From a virus (Duplodnaviria; Heunggongvirae; Uroviricota; Caudoviricetes): DNA of 40,805 nucleotides. The stretch lies in IMG/VR virus record IMGVR_UViG_2706794686_000017. One strand, 5' to 3'. Under the pieces are notes generated by a model. It was not told the DNA's origin. It ran no database searches and saw nothing but the letters and a program-made list of their open reading frames with translations. The translations under genes were made by a program, and so were the position numbers. Positions 39,570 to 40,805 of this stretch are shown here, in pieces (position 1 is the first letter of the stretch; every line of letters begins with the position of its first letter).

Positions 39570-40805
39570 ATGTCTAAATTACCAACAGGTGTCGAGATTC
39601 GAGGTAAATACATTCGCATCTGGTTCATGTTTCGAGGAAAACGATGTCGGGAAACATTGAAAGGCTGGGAGGTTACTAACAGTAACATTAAAAAAGCCGG
39701 GAATTTAAGAGCGTTGATAGTTCATGAAATCAATTCCGGTGAGTTTGAGTATTTAAGACGTTTTCCCCAGTCCAGCACTGGGGCAAAAATGGTGACAACG
39801 AGGGTCATAAAAACGTTCGGGGAGCTTTGTGATATCTGGACAAAAATTAAAGAAACAGAGTTAACAACAAACACAATGAAGAAAACGAAATCACAATTAA
39901 AAACACTCAGGATAATAATTTGTGAGAGTACTCCGATATCGCATATTCGTTATAGCGATATCTTAAACTACCGGAATGAACTGCTGCATGGAGAAACGCT
40001 TTACCTGGATAATCCAAGATCCAACAAAAAAGGAAGAACCGTGCGCACAGTTGATAACTATATCGCCCTGCTCTGTTCGTTGTTACGTTTTGCGTATCAG
40101 TCGGGATTTATATCAACCAAACCATTTGAAGGAGTAAAGAAATTACAGAGAAACAGAATAAAGCCTGACCCGTTATCTAAAACAGAATTCAATGCATTAA
40201 TGGAAAGTGAAAAAGGACAGAGCCAGAACTTGTGGAAATTTGCCGTATACTCCGGGCTTCGTCACGGGGAACTGGCTGCTCTGGCGTGGGAGGATGTGGA
40301 TTTCGAGAAGGGAGTTGTGAATGTCAGAAGAAACCTGACGATACTGGATATGTTCGGTCCCCCAAAAACAAATGCGGGGATCCGGACGGTAACACTACTG
40401 CAGCCTGCTCTTGAAGCACTGAAGGAGCAATACAAACTGACCGGGCATCATCGCAAAAGCGAAATCACTTTTTATCATCGGGAGTACGGCAGAACCGAAA
40501 AGCAAAAACTGCATTTTGTTTTCATGCCCAGAGTGTGTAACGGAAAACAGAAACCTTATTACTCGGTAAGCAGTTTGGGTGCGAGATGGAATGCAGCAGT
40601 AAAACGTGCTGGTATTCGCCGCCGTAATCCGTACCATACGCGGCATACTTTTGCCTGCTGGCTGTTGACGGCAGGAGCGAACCCGGCGTTTATAGCCAGC
40701 CAGATGGGGCATGAAACTGCGCAGATGGTGTATGAAATTTACGGTATGTGGATTGATGACATGAACGACGAACAGGTAGCCATGTTGAATGCGCGGTTAT
40801 CGTAG
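39570..40805 (+). CDS. intR: Tyrosine integrase
   Basis: 411-aa ORF with C-terminal catalytic region (...NPYHTRHTFACWLLTAGANPAFIASQMGHETAQMVYEIYGMW...); stop codon is the last three bases of the window. Confidence 0.9.
   Translation: MSKLPTGVEIRGKYIRIWFMFRGKRCRETLKGWEVTNSNIKKAGNLRALIVHEINSGEFEYLRRFPQSSTGAKMVTTRVIKTFGELCDIWTKIKETELTTNTMKKTKSQLKTLRIIICESTPISHIRYSDILNYRNELLHGETLYLDNPRSNKKGRTVRTVDNYIALLCSLLRFAYQSGFISTKPFEGVKKLQRNRIKPDPLSKTEFNALMESEKGQSQNLWKFAVYSGLRHGELAALAWEDVDFEKGVVNVRRNLTILDMFGPPKTNAGIRTVTLLQPALEALKEQYKLTGHHRKSEITFYHREYGRTEKQKLHFVFMPRVCNGKQKPYYSVSSLGARWNAAVKRAGIRRRNPYHTRHTFACWLLTAGANPAFIASQMGHETAQMVYEIYGMWIDDMNDEQVAMLNARLS

Noticed and set aside
1-40805. Search for CRISPR arrays, tRNA or rRNA genes, and IS elements.
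   Set aside because: I found no regularly spaced direct repeats, no tRNA-like cloverleaf candidates by eye in the Q-to-lysis interval, and no transposase-like ORFs; such features could still be hidden in the N-runs.

Overview
The window is an apparently intact Rac-like lambdoid prophage of Escherichia coli, in reverse orientation. All calls come from reading the six-frame translations and recalling protein families; no database search was run. From the left, on the minus strand: lambda-like tail tip genes (J start, I, K, L, M), tape measure H, G/GT tail chaperone with an A-AAA-AAG slippery site, major tail, neck and connector genes, major capsid, scaffold, Mu-F-like head morphogenesis protein, portal, terminase large and small subunits. 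Then a GT-A-fold glycosyltransferase-like gene, a ParB-like gene, trkG, the lysis cassette (Rz/Rz1, endolysin, holin), two paralogous lipoproteins resembling TolA domain III, a tR'-like terminator, a Q-like antiterminator and a nin-region gene. The right half is the Rac early region: ydaW-like, ydaV, ydaU, ydaT, ydaS on minus; racR, ydaF/ydaG-like, kilR, racC, recE, recT, ralR (premature stop), ydaC, xisR, intR on plus; sieB on minus. The window ends at the intR stop. Between the replication genes and Q lies an AT-rich cargo island (about 25040..28986): a two-gene operon of unknown function (one protein with a HEPN-like R-x4-H motif, one with a GNAT-like C-terminus), a YeaR-like gene behind an NsrR-like operator, and a 28-codon hydrophobic ORF. 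The two-gene operon is my best candidate for an undescribed accessory or defence module. Seven N-runs (986..1248, 17910..18171, 22951..23105, 23215..23255, 23858..24193, 24202..24456, 34743..35044) and a single N at 20914 interrupt K, the ParB-like gene, Q, the nin gene and ydaE/racC; the apparent 420-bp endolysin duplication at 20914 may be an assembly artefact.
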